From the NCBI GenBank assembly GCA_958296055.1, contig CATQHS010000001.1, positions 1,396,277-1,460,276 on the forward strand: a DNA stretch of 64,000 nucleotides, given 5' to 3'. This DNA comes from an uncultured Acidimicrobiales bacterium. GTDB taxonomy: Bacteria; Actinomycetota; Acidimicrobiia; Acidimicrobiales; Aldehydirespiratoraceae. This document shows positions 37,100-46,276 of this stretch, piece by piece. Position numbers and translations under genes: made by a program. The notes beneath the pieces were generated by a model that was given only the letters and a program-made list of their open reading frames with translations, was not told where the DNA came from and searched no databases. Numbering within the stretch: the first letter of the stretch is position 1; each line of letters opens with the position of its first letter.

Positions 37100-37737
37100 C
37101 CGCGGCCAGCCCCGCCGGCCCCCCCGCCGCGGCCGCGACCGCCGCCGCCGTCCGGTCCCGCTACGACGAGCTGGCCGAGTTGGTGGCTTGGGTCGAAACA
37201 AGGCCCGCGGCCGACCCGGTCCTGGTGGCCGAGGTCGCCCCCCATTTGGCGCGCGAGGCCCGCCTGCTGGACTCGGGCCGGTTCGAGGAGTGGCTCGAGG
37301 GGTGGACCGACGACGCCGCGGTGTGGGCCCCGCTGTCGGTCCCGGCCCACCCCGGCCGGGACCAGGCCCTGTTCCTCGACGACCGCCGCCGCCTGGGCGA
37401 GCGGGTGAGCTGGCGGCGGGACCCGTCGGCCTGGGGCCAGCAGCCGCCGTCGCTCACCGTGCGGGCCGTCGCCGGGGTGGAGGCCTGGGCGGATGGCGGC
37501 CGGGTGGTGGCCCGATCCTCGCTGGTGGTCCACGAGCAACGCCACGGCCTGAGCCAGCAGCTCGCCGGCTACCAGATCCACGAGCTGGTCTGGGACCCGG
37601 CCCTCGCCCGCGGCCGGGATTCGGACGGAAGCCCCCGGACCGGCGAGCCCGGCGGCGGCCCGCCCCGGTTCCGGTCCAAGATCATCGTCGTGCCCGCTCT
37701 GAGCCTGGGGGTGCGAAACCCCAGCTTCCTTCTCTGA
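37096..37737 (+). CDS. Aromatic-ring-hydroxylating dioxygenase beta subunit-like (SnoaL fold)
   Basis: ATG 37096 overlaps the permease stop (ATGA). The pattern reads ..LLDSGRFEEWLEGWTDDAAVW.P....DDRRRLGERV.W......PPS.T.. and ends in ..NPSFLL. Confidence 0.7.
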   Translation: MTAASPAGPPAAAATAAAVRSRYDELAELVAWVETRPAADPVLVAEVAPHLAREARLLDSGRFEEWLEGWTDDAAVWAPLSVPAHPGRDQALFLDDRRRLGERVSWRRDPSAWGQQPPSLTVRAVAGVEAWADGGRVVARSSLVVHEQRHGLSQQLAGYQIHELVWDPALARGRDSDGSPRTGEPGGGPPRFRSKIIVVPALSLGVRNPSFLL

Positions 37738-37746
37738 GGCCGCGCC

Positions 37747-39006
37747 GTGCTGTCCCCGCCTCCTGATTTCGAGCGCTTGGTACAGACCGACCGAGTACAC
37801 CGGCGCATCTACACCGACCCCGGGATCTTCGAGCTGGAGATGACCCGGGTGTTCGCGGCGTCGTGGTGCTACCTCGGCCACGAGAGCGAGATCCCCAACC
37901 CCGGCGACTACCGGACGGTGACGGTCGGGCGGCGGCCGGTGCTGATGACCCGATCGTCCGACGGCGAAGTGCACGCCCTGCTCAACCGCTGCGCCCACCG
38001 GGGCACGGTCATCGCCACCGAGGAGAAGGGCTGCGCCAAGCGGCTCACCTGCCCCTACCACGGCTGGACCTACACCCTCGACGGCAGGCTGGCGGCCATC
38101 CCCTTCCCGGCCGGCCACCCGGTGCAAGACCGGTCTGCCCTGTCGCTGGGTCGGATGGAGGCGGGCCGCTACCGGGGGTTCGTGTTCGCCACCCTCAACC
38201 CCGACCCCGAGCCGCTCCAGGAATGGCTGGGGCCGGCCCGGGCGGCGCTCGACGCCATCATCGACCGCCATCCCGGCGGCGAGATGGCGGTGGTGCCCGC
38301 ACCCCAGCGGCTGGAGTTCGCCGGCAACTGGAAGCTGTCGTGGGACAACGCCTCCGACGGGCTCCACGCCACCTTCGCCCATCACTCTTACAACACCCTG
38401 GGCCAGACCGCGGAGGTGGAGACGGTGCTGGACCGCGACCCCGGCGCCACCCCGATGGTGTCGCTGGCCCTGGGCAACGGCCACATGGTGGTGGACCAGC
38501 GGCCGGGGATACCCCGGGGCCCGTGGGCCACCATGCGCAACGTGCCCTTCCGCGAGCCGCTGGAGTCGGCGCTGATCGAGGCGGGCGCGGGGGACCGGCT
38601 CGACCTGGCCACCGGGAGCATGTTGAACCTGTCGCTGTTCCCCAATCTGATCTTCGTCGGCAACCAGTTGCTGGTGGTCGAGCCGGTGGCGGTGGACCGG
38701 ACCCGGCTGTGGCTGTGGCTCACCTCGGCGCCGGGCGCGCCGGCCGAGATCGACCTGCTGCGGCTGCGGGTGGACGAGGACTTCGTGAACTTTGGCACCC
38801 CCGACGACCTCGACATGTTCGAGCGGGTCCAGCGGGGCCTGTCCATCCCCGAGATGGAATGGATCGACGTGAGCCGGGGCCTGCCCGACGACGTCGACGG
38901 CGCCGGGGTGGTGACGGGGCCGATCACCTCCGAGGCCCCCCAGCGGGGCTATCTGGCCCATTACGCCAAGCTGATGTCGACCCCGGAGGCCGCCCGTGCC
39001 CGCTGA
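37747..39006 (+). CDS. Rieske [2Fe-2S] ring-hydroxylating oxygenase alpha subunit
   Basis: The Rieske motif is CAHRG...(17)...CPYHGW. The catalytic domain contains DN..D.LH..F.H. Confidence 0.88.
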   Translation: MLSPPPDFERLVQTDRVHRRIYTDPGIFELEMTRVFAASWCYLGHESEIPNPGDYRTVTVGRRPVLMTRSSDGEVHALLNRCAHRGTVIATEEKGCAKRLTCPYHGWTYTLDGRLAAIPFPAGHPVQDRSALSLGRMEAGRYRGFVFATLNPDPEPLQEWLGPARAALDAIIDRHPGGEMAVVPAPQRLEFAGNWKLSWDNASDGLHATFAHHSYNTLGQTAEVETVLDRDPGATPMVSLALGNGHMVVDQRPGIPRGPWATMRNVPFREPLESALIEAGAGDRLDLATGSMLNLSLFPNLIFVGNQLLVVEPVAVDRTRLWLWLTSAPGAPAEIDLLRLRVDEDFVNFGTPDDLDMFERVQRGLSIPEMEWIDVSRGLPDDVDGAGVVTGPITSEAPQRGYLAHYAKLMSTPEAARAR

Positions 39007-39044
39007 CAACGATCCGACCCCGGAGGCCACCCGTGCCCGCTGAC
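38979..39044 (+). repeat. 37-bp-offset tandem duplication of the 3' end (including the stop) of the Rieske alpha gene
   Basis: gaccccggaggccgcccgtgcccgctgac (38979-39007) recurs as gaccccggaggccacccgtgcccgctgac (39016-39044). Confidence 0.9.
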
Positions 39045-39047
39045 CCC

Positions 39048-39857
39048 ATGCCGTCTGAGCGCCGAGCCGAGCTAGAGGCCCGGGGCGTGGTGGTGGTGCC
39101 TCATCTGCTGGACGAGCAGTGGTGCCGGAGGCTGCACGCCGCCATCGACCGCTGCCGCACCAGCCCCAGCCAGTTCTACGGGGTGCTGTCGGGACCCGAT
39201 GAGCTGCGGGTGGACAGCGATCTGTTCCGCTGGTTCGACGACCCCGACCTGGCCGAGGTCACCCGGTCCTCTGAGCTGCCGGGCTTGGCCGCCGAGCTGG
39301 TGGGCAGCCACTCGGCGGTGCTGATCGAGGACCAGTGGTTCGCCTCCGAGCCGGGAGCGGTGTCGGCCAGCCCCTGGCATCAGGACCACCCCTACTACAA
39401 CCTGGACCGGCCCTTCGTCACCATCTGGGTCACCCTCGACGACGTGGACGCCGATGCCGCCCTGCGGGTGGTGGCCGGCTCGCACGCCGCCGGGGTCACC
39501 TACGCCCCCATCGAGTTCTCGGCCACCTCCGCCACCATCGGCGGGCAGTCGGACCTGGAACCGGTGCCGGACGTGGACGCCGACCCGGAGCGGTTCCCGG
39601 TCACCACCTGGGACCTGCGGGCCGGCGACGCGGTGGCCATCGACTCCCGCACCCTGCACGCCACCGGGGTCCGGGAGTCAGCCGACCGCGACTTCCGCCG
39701 GATCTCCACCCGCTGGGCCCATCCCAACACCCGCTACCTCGACTTGGGCGAGCAGGCCGCCGTCTTCTGGAAACGGCTCCCCCACGGCCTGGCCACCGGA
39801 GACCCGGTGGCCGGCGAGGTCTTCCCCCTCATCACCCCCGGCCAAGCGCCGGCCTAG
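39048..39857 (+). CDS. Phytanoyl-CoA dioxygenase (PhyH) family Fe(II)/2-oxoglutarate oxygenase
   Basis: The facial triad context is WHQDHPYY (HxD) ... SRTLHAT. The gene is 269 aa and starts at ATG 39048. Confidence 0.7.
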   Translation: MPSERRAELEARGVVVVPHLLDEQWCRRLHAAIDRCRTSPSQFYGVLSGPDELRVDSDLFRWFDDPDLAEVTRSSELPGLAAELVGSHSAVLIEDQWFASEPGAVSASPWHQDHPYYNLDRPFVTIWVTLDDVDADAALRVVAGSHAAGVTYAPIEFSATSATIGGQSDLEPVPDVDADPERFPVTTWDLRAGDAVAIDSRTLHATGVRESADRDFRRISTRWAHPNTRYLDLGEQAAVFWKRLPHGLATGDPVAGEVFPLITPGQAPA

Positions 39858-39886
39858 ACGTGGTGATCAGGGCCGGAGCGAGCCAT

Positions 39887-40909
39887 TCAGCGCCCGAATA
39901 GATCGGTGGCGAGTTGGAGGGTTCGGTTGAGCACGCGGCGGCGGCCGTCGTTGCCCACCACTAGGGCGGCTCGTTCCCGCTCGTGGTCTAGAAGCGCGGC
40001 GGAGGCCCACATGGTGTTGGAGCCCTGCATGGAGTATGAGGTTCCCCGCAAATAGGGGGGTTTGACCCAGCCCATCGACATGCGAGTGCCGCGGCCCGGC
40101 GGCTGAGCGAGGAGACGCTCGATCGTGTCAGGGTGCAGGAGGTCGCCGCCTTCGATGAGGAAGATCCGGCAGAAGGCGGCCCAGTCTTCGACGGTGAGGT
40201 GCAGTCGCCCCGCTGAGGCGTACACCGCGGGGTTGTCGCTTTTGGGTTCGGCCGGGTCGGCCGGCGGGCCGCGGAACAGGTCGACGACACCGAGTCGGAG
40301 CCGGGCCGGGTGTCCCCATATCTCCGGGGGCGCGCCGAAGCCGGCCGAGCTGATGCTGAGGGGCTCGAGGACTTGGTCGTGCAGGGCCTGTTCGAATGGC
40401 GTTCCAGCCAGTCGGTCGATGGCGGCGCCGACGACGATGTAGCTCAGGTTCGAGTAGACATACCGGCCCGGCCGCCGGGGCGGCGCCTGCAGCGCCCACC
40501 GGGCGGCGTCGGTGCGCTGCTCGTCGAGGGGCCGGGTGTCGAGCCAGGCCGGCTGCATCCGAGTGAGGCCTATGTTCGGAGCGAAGCCGGCCCGGCAGCG
40601 CAGCGCGTCGTCGATGGTCAGACCGTCCCACCCCGGATGGACGTCTTCGAGGTCGGCGAAGACCGCGGCAATGGGCAGGTCCCACTCGGCGTCGCCCCCC
40701 TCGACCAGGCGGGCCCACAGCACGGCGGTGAAGGTCTTGGTACACGACCCGATGTGCCACCGGTCCGACGCCAGCGCCGGAGCGTCTGAGCCGCGCCGAC
40801 GGGTCCCGGCCACCTGCACTTCAACCGAGCCGTCGGCCCGAACCAGCGCCGCGGCCACGGCCGGAACCCGATGCCGCCGAACGAAGCCCTCCAACAACTC
40901 TGCTCGCAT
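39887..40909 (-). CDS. Serine hydrolase, beta-lactamase/transpeptidase-like family
   Basis: The SxxK motif is HIGSCTKTF and a YSN motif (YVYSNLSY) is present. Confidence 0.8.
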   Translation of the reverse strand: MRAELLEGFVRRHRVPAVAAALVRADGSVEVQVAGTRRRGSDAPALASDRWHIGSCTKTFTAVLWARLVEGGDAEWDLPIAAVFADLEDVHPGWDGLTIDDALRCRAGFAPNIGLTRMQPAWLDTRPLDEQRTDAARWALQAPPRRPGRYVYSNLSYIVVGAAIDRLAGTPFEQALHDQVLEPLSISSAGFGAPPEIWGHPARLRLGVVDLFRGPPADPAEPKSDNPAVYASAGRLHLTVEDWAAFCRIFLIEGGDLLHPDTIERLLAQPPGRGTRMSMGWVKPPYLRGTSYSMQGSNTMWASAALLDHERERAALVVGNDGRRRVLNRTLQLATDLFGR

Positions 40910-40924
40910 GGCTGAGCCTCTGGA

Positions 40925-41527
40925 TCAGCCGGGCACGGAAACGTGTACGAACTTGGTGGTGGAGTCGCCCAGGTGGCGCCATCGGTGGCGGGCGTCGGTG
41001 GAGTAAACCATGGTGTCGCCCGCCGCCAGATGGTGGGCGGTGAAGCGGCCGTCGCCGGTCTCGATCTCCACGATGAGCCGGCCGGTGGTGACGTGGATCA
41101 TCTCCCGCCCGGCCGATGAGAAGACGCCCCCGAGGTCCGAGCCCGGCGCCACCACGTACTCCGCCGCGCTGAACGGCTCGCCCAGGCCGGTGAGCTGGCG
41201 GCGGAAGGCGCCCCGGGCCGCGTCGGTCACCGCGTAGCGCTGGCCCTCGCCCCGGGGGGTGACCACCACCTCGGCCGAGACCGGCCCGGCCAGGAGCCGC
41301 TCCGGAGTGGTGTCGAGGACCCGGGCGATGGCGAACAGCGACACCAGGCTGGGAGCGGCGAAGCTGGTTTCCACCTGGCTCAGGAACGGCGCCGACAACC
41401 CGGAGCGCTCCGCCACCTGGCTCAGGGTGAGGCCGAGCTGAGCCCGGCGGCTCCGCACCGCCTGGCCCAACTCCCGGAGGGCCCGCCGGTCGTGGTCCTC
41501 GCGCCGATCGGTCTGCGCGTCGGCCAT
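40925..41527 (-). CDS. XRE-family HTH transcriptional regulator with a C-terminal cupin domain
   Basis: The HTH_3 region reads LGQAVRSRRAQLGLTLSQVAERSGLSAPFLSQVE. The cupin strands follow (..GREMIHVTTGRLIVEI...). Confidence 0.85.
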   Translation of the reverse strand: MADAQTDRREDHDRRALRELGQAVRSRRAQLGLTLSQVAERSGLSAPFLSQVETSFAAPSLVSLFAIARVLDTTPERLLAGPVSAEVVVTPRGEGQRYAVTDAARGAFRRQLTGLGEPFSAAEYVVAPGSDLGGVFSSAGREMIHVTTGRLIVEIETGDGRFTAHHLAAGDTMVYSTDARHRWRHLGDSTTKFVHVSVPG

Positions 41528-41589
41528 CGGCGGTCAAGCTACCCGACGATCCCGCGAGCCGGTCCCGCTGGCCCCCTGGGGCGGGCCGC

Positions 41590-42765
41590 CTACGAGACGA
41601 CCGCGGTCCGGCCCGACTCGTGCTCGGGGAACAGCTCGACGTAGGTGTCGCCCTCGCGGTAGGGGTGGCGGGCCAGGGCCTCCTCGTCCACGTCCACGCC
41701 CAAGCCCGGCCCGGACGGGGCGGTGATCACCCCGCCGGCCAGGTCGGTCAGGGCCAGGCCCGGGTTGTGGCCGATGTCGGTGATCATGGGCTGGTGGGGG
41801 TCGATGTCGTACTCGCACAGGCGCACCCGGGCCGCGGTTGACCAATGGAGGTTGGCGGCCAGGCCCACCGCGGTGGGGCCGCCCACGTGGGTGATGACCT
41901 CCACCGAGGAGCGGGCCGCGATGTCGGCGATCTCCAGACAGGCCAGGATGCCGCCGGCCAGAGCGGCGTCGGGCTCGAACACCCGGGCCGCGTCGCGGCG
42001 GGCCAGCTCGGCGTACATGCGGGGCGAGTAGACCCGCTCCCCCACCGCCACCCGCACGGGCGAGTTTCGCTGCAGCCGCTCCAAGCCCTCGATCTGGTAC
42101 TGGGGCACCGGCTCCTCGAAGAAGTGGATGCCGTAGGGGGCGATCCGGCGGACCAGCTCGATGGCCGTGTCGGGGTCGTGGAACCAGTAGGAGTCGACGC
42201 CCATCAGCCGGTCGGGGCCGATGTGGTCCCGCACCGTCTCCACCACCTCCGCGTCCTCGGCCACGGTCCGGCCCAGCCGCACCTTCACCCCTTTGAACCC
42301 GAGGGCCAGGCATTGGTCGAAGTAGCGGGCGTGCCACTGGGGGGTCTGGTCGAACATGGTGGTGCCGGTGCCGTACAGCGGGATCGGGTAGGCGTCGCCG
42401 CCCAGCAGCCGGTACACCGGGGCGCCCAGGTGCTTGCCCAGCAGGTCCCACAGGGCCATCTCCACCGCGCCGATGGTCTGGCTGCTCAGGCCCTCCCAGC
42501 CCAGGTAGCCGTCGAGCGCCACCCGCAGGTCGGCCACTCGGTCCCGGATCGCCCGCGGGTCCCGGCCCACCAAGTGCCGGGAGCAGACGTCGTCGACCAC
42601 GGCCCGGAACACGGTCGGGTAGGAGTGGCCCCAGTTGGTGGAGGCCTCGCCCCAGCCGACGGTTCCGTCGTCGGCCTCGACCCGCACCAAAGCGAAGCTG
42701 CGCTCCATGTCGGGGTCGGTCTTGCGGTAGCCGGCCAGCACGGCCCGGACATTGTCGATTCTCAT
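41590..42765 (-). CDS. Enolase-superfamily enzyme (mandelate racemase/muconate lactonizing family)
   Basis: The start is ATG 42765. The capping domain reads VRVEADDGTVGWGEAS. Barrel motifs are KVRLG, MGVDSY, FFEEPV and AVGER. Confidence 0.85.
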   Translation of the reverse strand: MRIDNVRAVLAGYRKTDPDMERSFALVRVEADDGTVGWGEASTNWGHSYPTVFRAVVDDVCSRHLVGRDPRAIRDRVADLRVALDGYLGWEGLSSQTIGAVEMALWDLLGKHLGAPVYRLLGGDAYPIPLYGTGTTMFDQTPQWHARYFDQCLALGFKGVKVRLGRTVAEDAEVVETVRDHIGPDRLMGVDSYWFHDPDTAIELVRRIAPYGIHFFEEPVPQYQIEGLERLQRNSPVRVAVGERVYSPRMYAELARRDAARVFEPDAALAGGILACLEIADIAARSSVEVITHVGGPTAVGLAANLHWSTAARVRLCEYDIDPHQPMITDIGHNPGLALTDLAGGVITAPSGPGLGVDVDEEALARHPYREGDTYVELFPEHESGRTAVVS

Positions 42766-42827
42766 GGTTCGCTCCCAGCGGTCGATGATGGTCAGGCCCC
42801 CCGGCAGGCGGTTCGCGGTCCTCGCCG

Positions 42828-43796
42828 TTAGCCCTCGGGCATATCGACGAGGCCGGCATCGTGCAGATCCGACCACAGATCGGCCGGTACTGAGGCCGCG
42901 GCCGCAGCCAGGTTCTCGTCCACCTCGGCCGGGGCGGCCATGCCCACGATCACCGAGGCCACGCCCGGGTGGGCCAGCGGGAAGGCCAGGGCGGCGGCGG
43001 CCAGGCTCGCCCTGTGGCCGCGGCACACCGACTCGATGGCCCGGGCCCGCTCCAGGCGCTCCGCCGAGACCGGGCCGTAGTCGTACCAGGCGCCCTCGGC
43101 GGGCCGGGCCAGCACCCCGCTGTTGAACACCCCGGCGGCCAGGTAGGCCACCCCCCGGTCGGCGCAGGCCGCGATCAGCGGGGCCGCGGACTGGTCGAGC
43201 AGGGTGTAGCGCCCGGCCACCAGCATGCAGTCGAGGTCGCCCCTCTCCAAGAAGGCGGAGGCCGTGGCCACCGTGTTGGTGCCCACCGATACGGCGTCGA
43301 TCATCTTCTGGGACCGCATCTCCACCAGGGCCCGATGGGTCCCCTCCAGCGCCTCGTCGAGGTGGTCGTCGGGGTCGTGGACGTGGACGATGCCGACCCG
43401 GCTGGCGCCGAGCCGCTCCAGGCTCGACTCCACCGAGCGCCAAGCCGCGTCGTAGCCGAAGTCGAAGACGGCCTCCATCGATCCATCCCGCCCCGCCTCC
43501 AGCAGCCGCCCGGCCTTGGTGGCGATCACCACCCGGGCCTCGTCGGCCCCGTCGCCGGCGTCGGCCGCGGCCGCTCGCAGCCCAACGCCGAGGCGGCGCT
43601 CCGACTCGCCTAGGCCGTAGAAGGGGGCGGTATCGAAGAACCGGACGCCGCGCTCGAAGGCCCGCCGCACCGCGGCCACCGCCGTCGCCTCGTCGTTGCC
43701 CCAGAAGACCGAGGCCAGCGGGGCGGTCCCCAGCGCCAGGCGGCCCACCTCCAGCCCGGCTCGGGGAAGACTCACTCTCTCCAGCGGATCGACCAC
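42828..43796 (-). CDS. Aldo/keto reductase
   Basis: Motifs are LALGTAPL, FFDTAPFYGLGESE and KAGR. The exact start is uncertain (GTG 43796 or GTG 43775). Confidence 0.85.
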   Translation of the reverse strand: MVDPLERVSLPRAGLEVGRLALGTAPLASVFWGNDEATAVAAVRRAFERGVRFFDTAPFYGLGESERRLGVGLRAAAADAGDGADEARVVIATKAGRLLEAGRDGSMEAVFDFGYDAAWRSVESSLERLGASRVGIVHVHDPDDHLDEALEGTHRALVEMRSQKMIDAVSVGTNTVATASAFLERGDLDCMLVAGRYTLLDQSAAPLIAACADRGVAYLAAGVFNSGVLARPAEGAWYDYGPVSAERLERARAIESVCRGHRASLAAAALAFPLAHPGVASVIVGMAAPAEVDENLAAAAASVPADLWSDLHDAGLVDMPEG

Positions 43797-43798
43797 GA

Positions 43799-43818
43799 AA
43801 CTTTGACCGTATCAAACA
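43799..43818. promoter_or_regulatory. Operator-like site AACTTTGACCGTATCAAACA (TTTGA-N5-TCAAA)
   Basis: It lies in the divergent region between the aldo/keto reductase operon and the PanB-like operon. It matches 33437-33456 at 17 of 20 positions. Confidence 0.5.
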
Positions 43819-43844
43819 TCGCCGGACCGCGCCTTGGCCGGGCG

Positions 43845-43865
43845 TTGTTTGATTGCATCAAACAA
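43845..43865. promoter_or_regulatory. Perfect 9-bp inverted repeat TTGTTTGAT-tgc-ATCAAACAA (same TTTGA-N5-TCAAA core)
   Basis: Read directly from the sequence. It sits about 45 bp (centre to centre) from the 43799 site, in the same divergent region. Confidence 0.55.
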
Positions 43866-43883
43866 ACGTGGTTGTCTGATGGG

Positions 43884-44735
43884 GTGAGCCGGGCCAAGCC
43901 GACCGTGGCCGACCTGCTGGCCGGCAAGGGCGTCCGGCAGCGGACCAACATGTTCGTGACCAGCCTGGAGGAGGCCCGGGCCGCCGAGGAGGCCGGGCTC
44001 GACATGATCTGCATCCCCGACGACGCTATGAGCGAAGCGGTTCGGGAGGCGGCCCCCACCACCTTCATCACCGCGGCCCTGGCCTACGGGATCCGGGTCA
44101 CCGCCGAGGACTACCTGCGGATGGGGTTCGCTATGTACCGACTGCGGGCCGACGCCGTGTACTGCGCGGCCAGCCTCGACACCGTGGCCCGCCTGGCCGC
44201 CGAGGGGCTGCCGGTGATCGGCCACATCGGCTTCATCCCCACCCACGCCACTTGGACCCGGGGGTTCAGAGCGGTGGGCAAGACGGCCGACAGCGCCCTG
44301 CGGGTGTGGCGGCAGGCCCGGGCCCTGGAAGCGGCCGGGGCGTTCGGGGCCGAGATCGAGCTGGTGCCCGAGCCGGTGGCCGCCGCCATCGCCCGCCGCA
44401 GCCCGCTGTTTTTGATGTCGATGGGGTCGGGGGCCGGATGCGACGCCCAGTACCTGTTCAGCATGGACATCCTCGGCGCCCACACCGGCCACTACCCGCG
44501 GCACTCCAAGACCTACCGGGACTTCAACGCCGAGTACGAGCGCCTCCACGCCGAGCGGGTGGCCGCCTACCGGGAGTACCGGGCCGACGTGGAGACCGGG
44601 ACCTACCCGGCCGCCGGGCATAAGTTGGAGCTGCCCGACAACGAGATGACCCGCTTCTTGGCGGCCTTGGAGGCCGGCGGGGGTGACGACCCAGGGGGTG
44701 TGCCGTGGATGGAGATAGCAACGCCGGACGGCTGA
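43884..44735 (+). CDS. 3-methyl-2-oxobutanoate hydroxymethyltransferase (PanB)-like, ICL/PEP-mutase superfamily enzyme
   Basis: PanB-like segments are present: ..DMICIPDD.., LPVIGHIGFIPTH and GAFGAEIELVPEPVAAAI. I choose GTG 43884 as the start because the upstream part of the ORF (from TTG 43803) is occupied by the operator palindromes. Confidence 0.6.
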   Translation: MSRAKPTVADLLAGKGVRQRTNMFVTSLEEARAAEEAGLDMICIPDDAMSEAVREAAPTTFITAALAYGIRVTAEDYLRMGFAMYRLRADAVYCAASLDTVARLAAEGLPVIGHIGFIPTHATWTRGFRAVGKTADSALRVWRQARALEAAGAFGAEIELVPEPVAAAIARRSPLFLMSMGSGAGCDAQYLFSMDILGAHTGHYPRHSKTYRDFNAEYERLHAERVAAYREYRADVETGTYPAAGHKLELPDNEMTRFLAALEAGGGDDPGGVPWMEIATPDG

Positions 44736-44755
44736 CCGAGCGGGAGGCCTCGGCC

Positions 44756-46198
44756 ATGACCGGACCGCGGGCCGAGCCGGTGGCGGCCGGGCCGGTGTCG
44801 CTGCTGGTGGAGGGCACGGTGGTGACCATGGACCCCGACCGCCGGGTGATCGCCGACGGGGCGGTGGCCGTGGCCGGGGATCGCATCGCCGCGGTGGGCA
44901 AGGCGGCCGACCTGTGCCGGCGCCACCCGGAAGCCCGCCGGATCGGCGGGGCCCGGCGCTACGTGGTGCCGGGGTTGATCGACTGCCACAACCACATCGC
45001 CCAGGCCCTGTGCCGAGAGAGCACGGTGGAGGACTTCCCCAACATCTACCGCATCTACATCCCGGCCGAGGCCGTCCAGAGCACCGACGACGTGAGGGTC
45101 AGCGCCCAGGTGGCCTTCGCCCAGCTTCTGCGGGCCGGGGTGACCACCATGGCCGAGACCACCTGCACCGAGGCCCATGAGGAGCCCATCGCCGAAACGG
45201 TGATGGAGACCGGGATCCGCTGCGCCCTGGCCCGGGGCGGCTGGGACCGGGAGTCCCGGCTGGCCGGCAACTACGAGCAGATCACCGAGAAGTCGTGGTA
45301 CCGCGACGACCCGGCCGCGCTGGCCGAGGACCTGGCCCGCACCGAGGAGTTCTTCGCCCGCTGGTTCGACCGGGGCGGGGGCAGGCTGCGGCCCTGGGTC
45401 CACAACCTCGGGGTGCCGTCGTGCTCGGACCAGCGCTTTCTGGCCACCGACGAGCTGGCCCGCAAGTGGGGCACCGGGGTGATGACCCACATCAACCGGG
45501 ACCGCGAGGAGATCGAGCTGGCCGTTTCGCTGTTCGGCCGCCGGCCCCTAGAGCACCTGGCCGCCGTCGGGGCCCTGACCGAGCGGCTGGTGGCCATCCA
45601 CGCCATGCTCACCACCGACCGGGAGATCGACCTGATGGCCTCGGCCGGGGCCAAGCTGGCCCACGCCCCGGTGGTGTGCACCGACATCATGTCCGCGGTT
45701 ACCCGGGTGCCGCTGATGCGGGCCCGGGGCGTCACCGTCGGCCTGGGCTGCGACACCGTCATCAACGACGTGCTGAAGCTGATGCGGATCGCCTTCATCA
45801 TGCACAACCAGGCCGCCATGCCGCTGTTCGACCCCTACGGGTTCTCCACCGCCGACGCCTTCGAGATGGGCACCATCGACGCGGCCCGGCTGCTGCTGTG
45901 GGACGACGAGATCGGGTCGCTGGAAGCGGGCAAGGCCGCCGACATCACCGTGATCGACGCCAACAACGTCCGGCTCACCCCCTCCACCGACCCGGTGGCC
46001 ACCCTGGTGCGCTACGGGACGGGCACCGACGCCGAGTCGGTGCTGGTGGCCGGCGAGCTGGTGATGCACGAGGGGAGGCTGCTGACCATCGACGAGGAGG
46101 CGCTGCTGGACGAGGCCGAGCGCCTCGGGGCCCGGATGATCGCCGAGATGGCCCCCCGCCGCTACGTGCAGCTCGGCACCAACGTCAACTACCTGTGA
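44756..46198 (+). CDS. Amidohydrolase (ATZ/TRZ, cytosine/guanine-deaminase-like metallo-dependent hydrolase)
   Basis: ATG 44756 follows GGGAGG. The metal motif is PGLIDCHNHIAQ. The ORF also contains HINRDREE, LGCDT and IGSLEAGKAADI. Confidence 0.85.
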   Translation: MTGPRAEPVAAGPVSLLVEGTVVTMDPDRRVIADGAVAVAGDRIAAVGKAADLCRRHPEARRIGGARRYVVPGLIDCHNHIAQALCRESTVEDFPNIYRIYIPAEAVQSTDDVRVSAQVAFAQLLRAGVTTMAETTCTEAHEEPIAETVMETGIRCALARGGWDRESRLAGNYEQITEKSWYRDDPAALAEDLARTEEFFARWFDRGGGRLRPWVHNLGVPSCSDQRFLATDELARKWGTGVMTHINRDREEIELAVSLFGRRPLEHLAAVGALTERLVAIHAMLTTDREIDLMASAGAKLAHAPVVCTDIMSAVTRVPLMRARGVTVGLGCDTVINDVLKLMRIAFIMHNQAAMPLFDPYGFSTADAFEMGTIDAARLLLWDDEIGSLEAGKAADITVIDANNVRLTPSTDPVATLVRYGTGTDAESVLVAGELVMHEGRLLTIDEEALLDEAERLGARMIAEMAPRRYVQLGTNVNYL

Positions 46199-46276
46199 GC
46201 CCCCCGAGCACCGCCCGATGACCGAGCCCGCCAGAGCCGAATGGGAAGTTGCGGTCACCGCGGAGAGAGCCGCCCG

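Noticed and set aside
33526-37201. Very long minus-strand ORFs (33526-35631, 701 aa; 34466-37201, 911 aa).
   Set aside because: They are Arg/Gly/Pro/His-rich and low in complexity. They lie antisense to ABC transporter genes with unambiguous Walker and signature motifs. This is a typical high-G+C antisense artefact.
37033-39030. A 665-aa minus-strand ORF, plus the overlapping plus-strand ORFs 35188-37737 and 37863-39857.
   Set aside because: The minus-strand ORF is antisense to the Rieske alpha and beta genes. The two long plus-strand ORFs are out-of-frame read-throughs. Only their 3' parts are credited: 37096-37737 (beta subunit) and 39048-39857 (PhyH).
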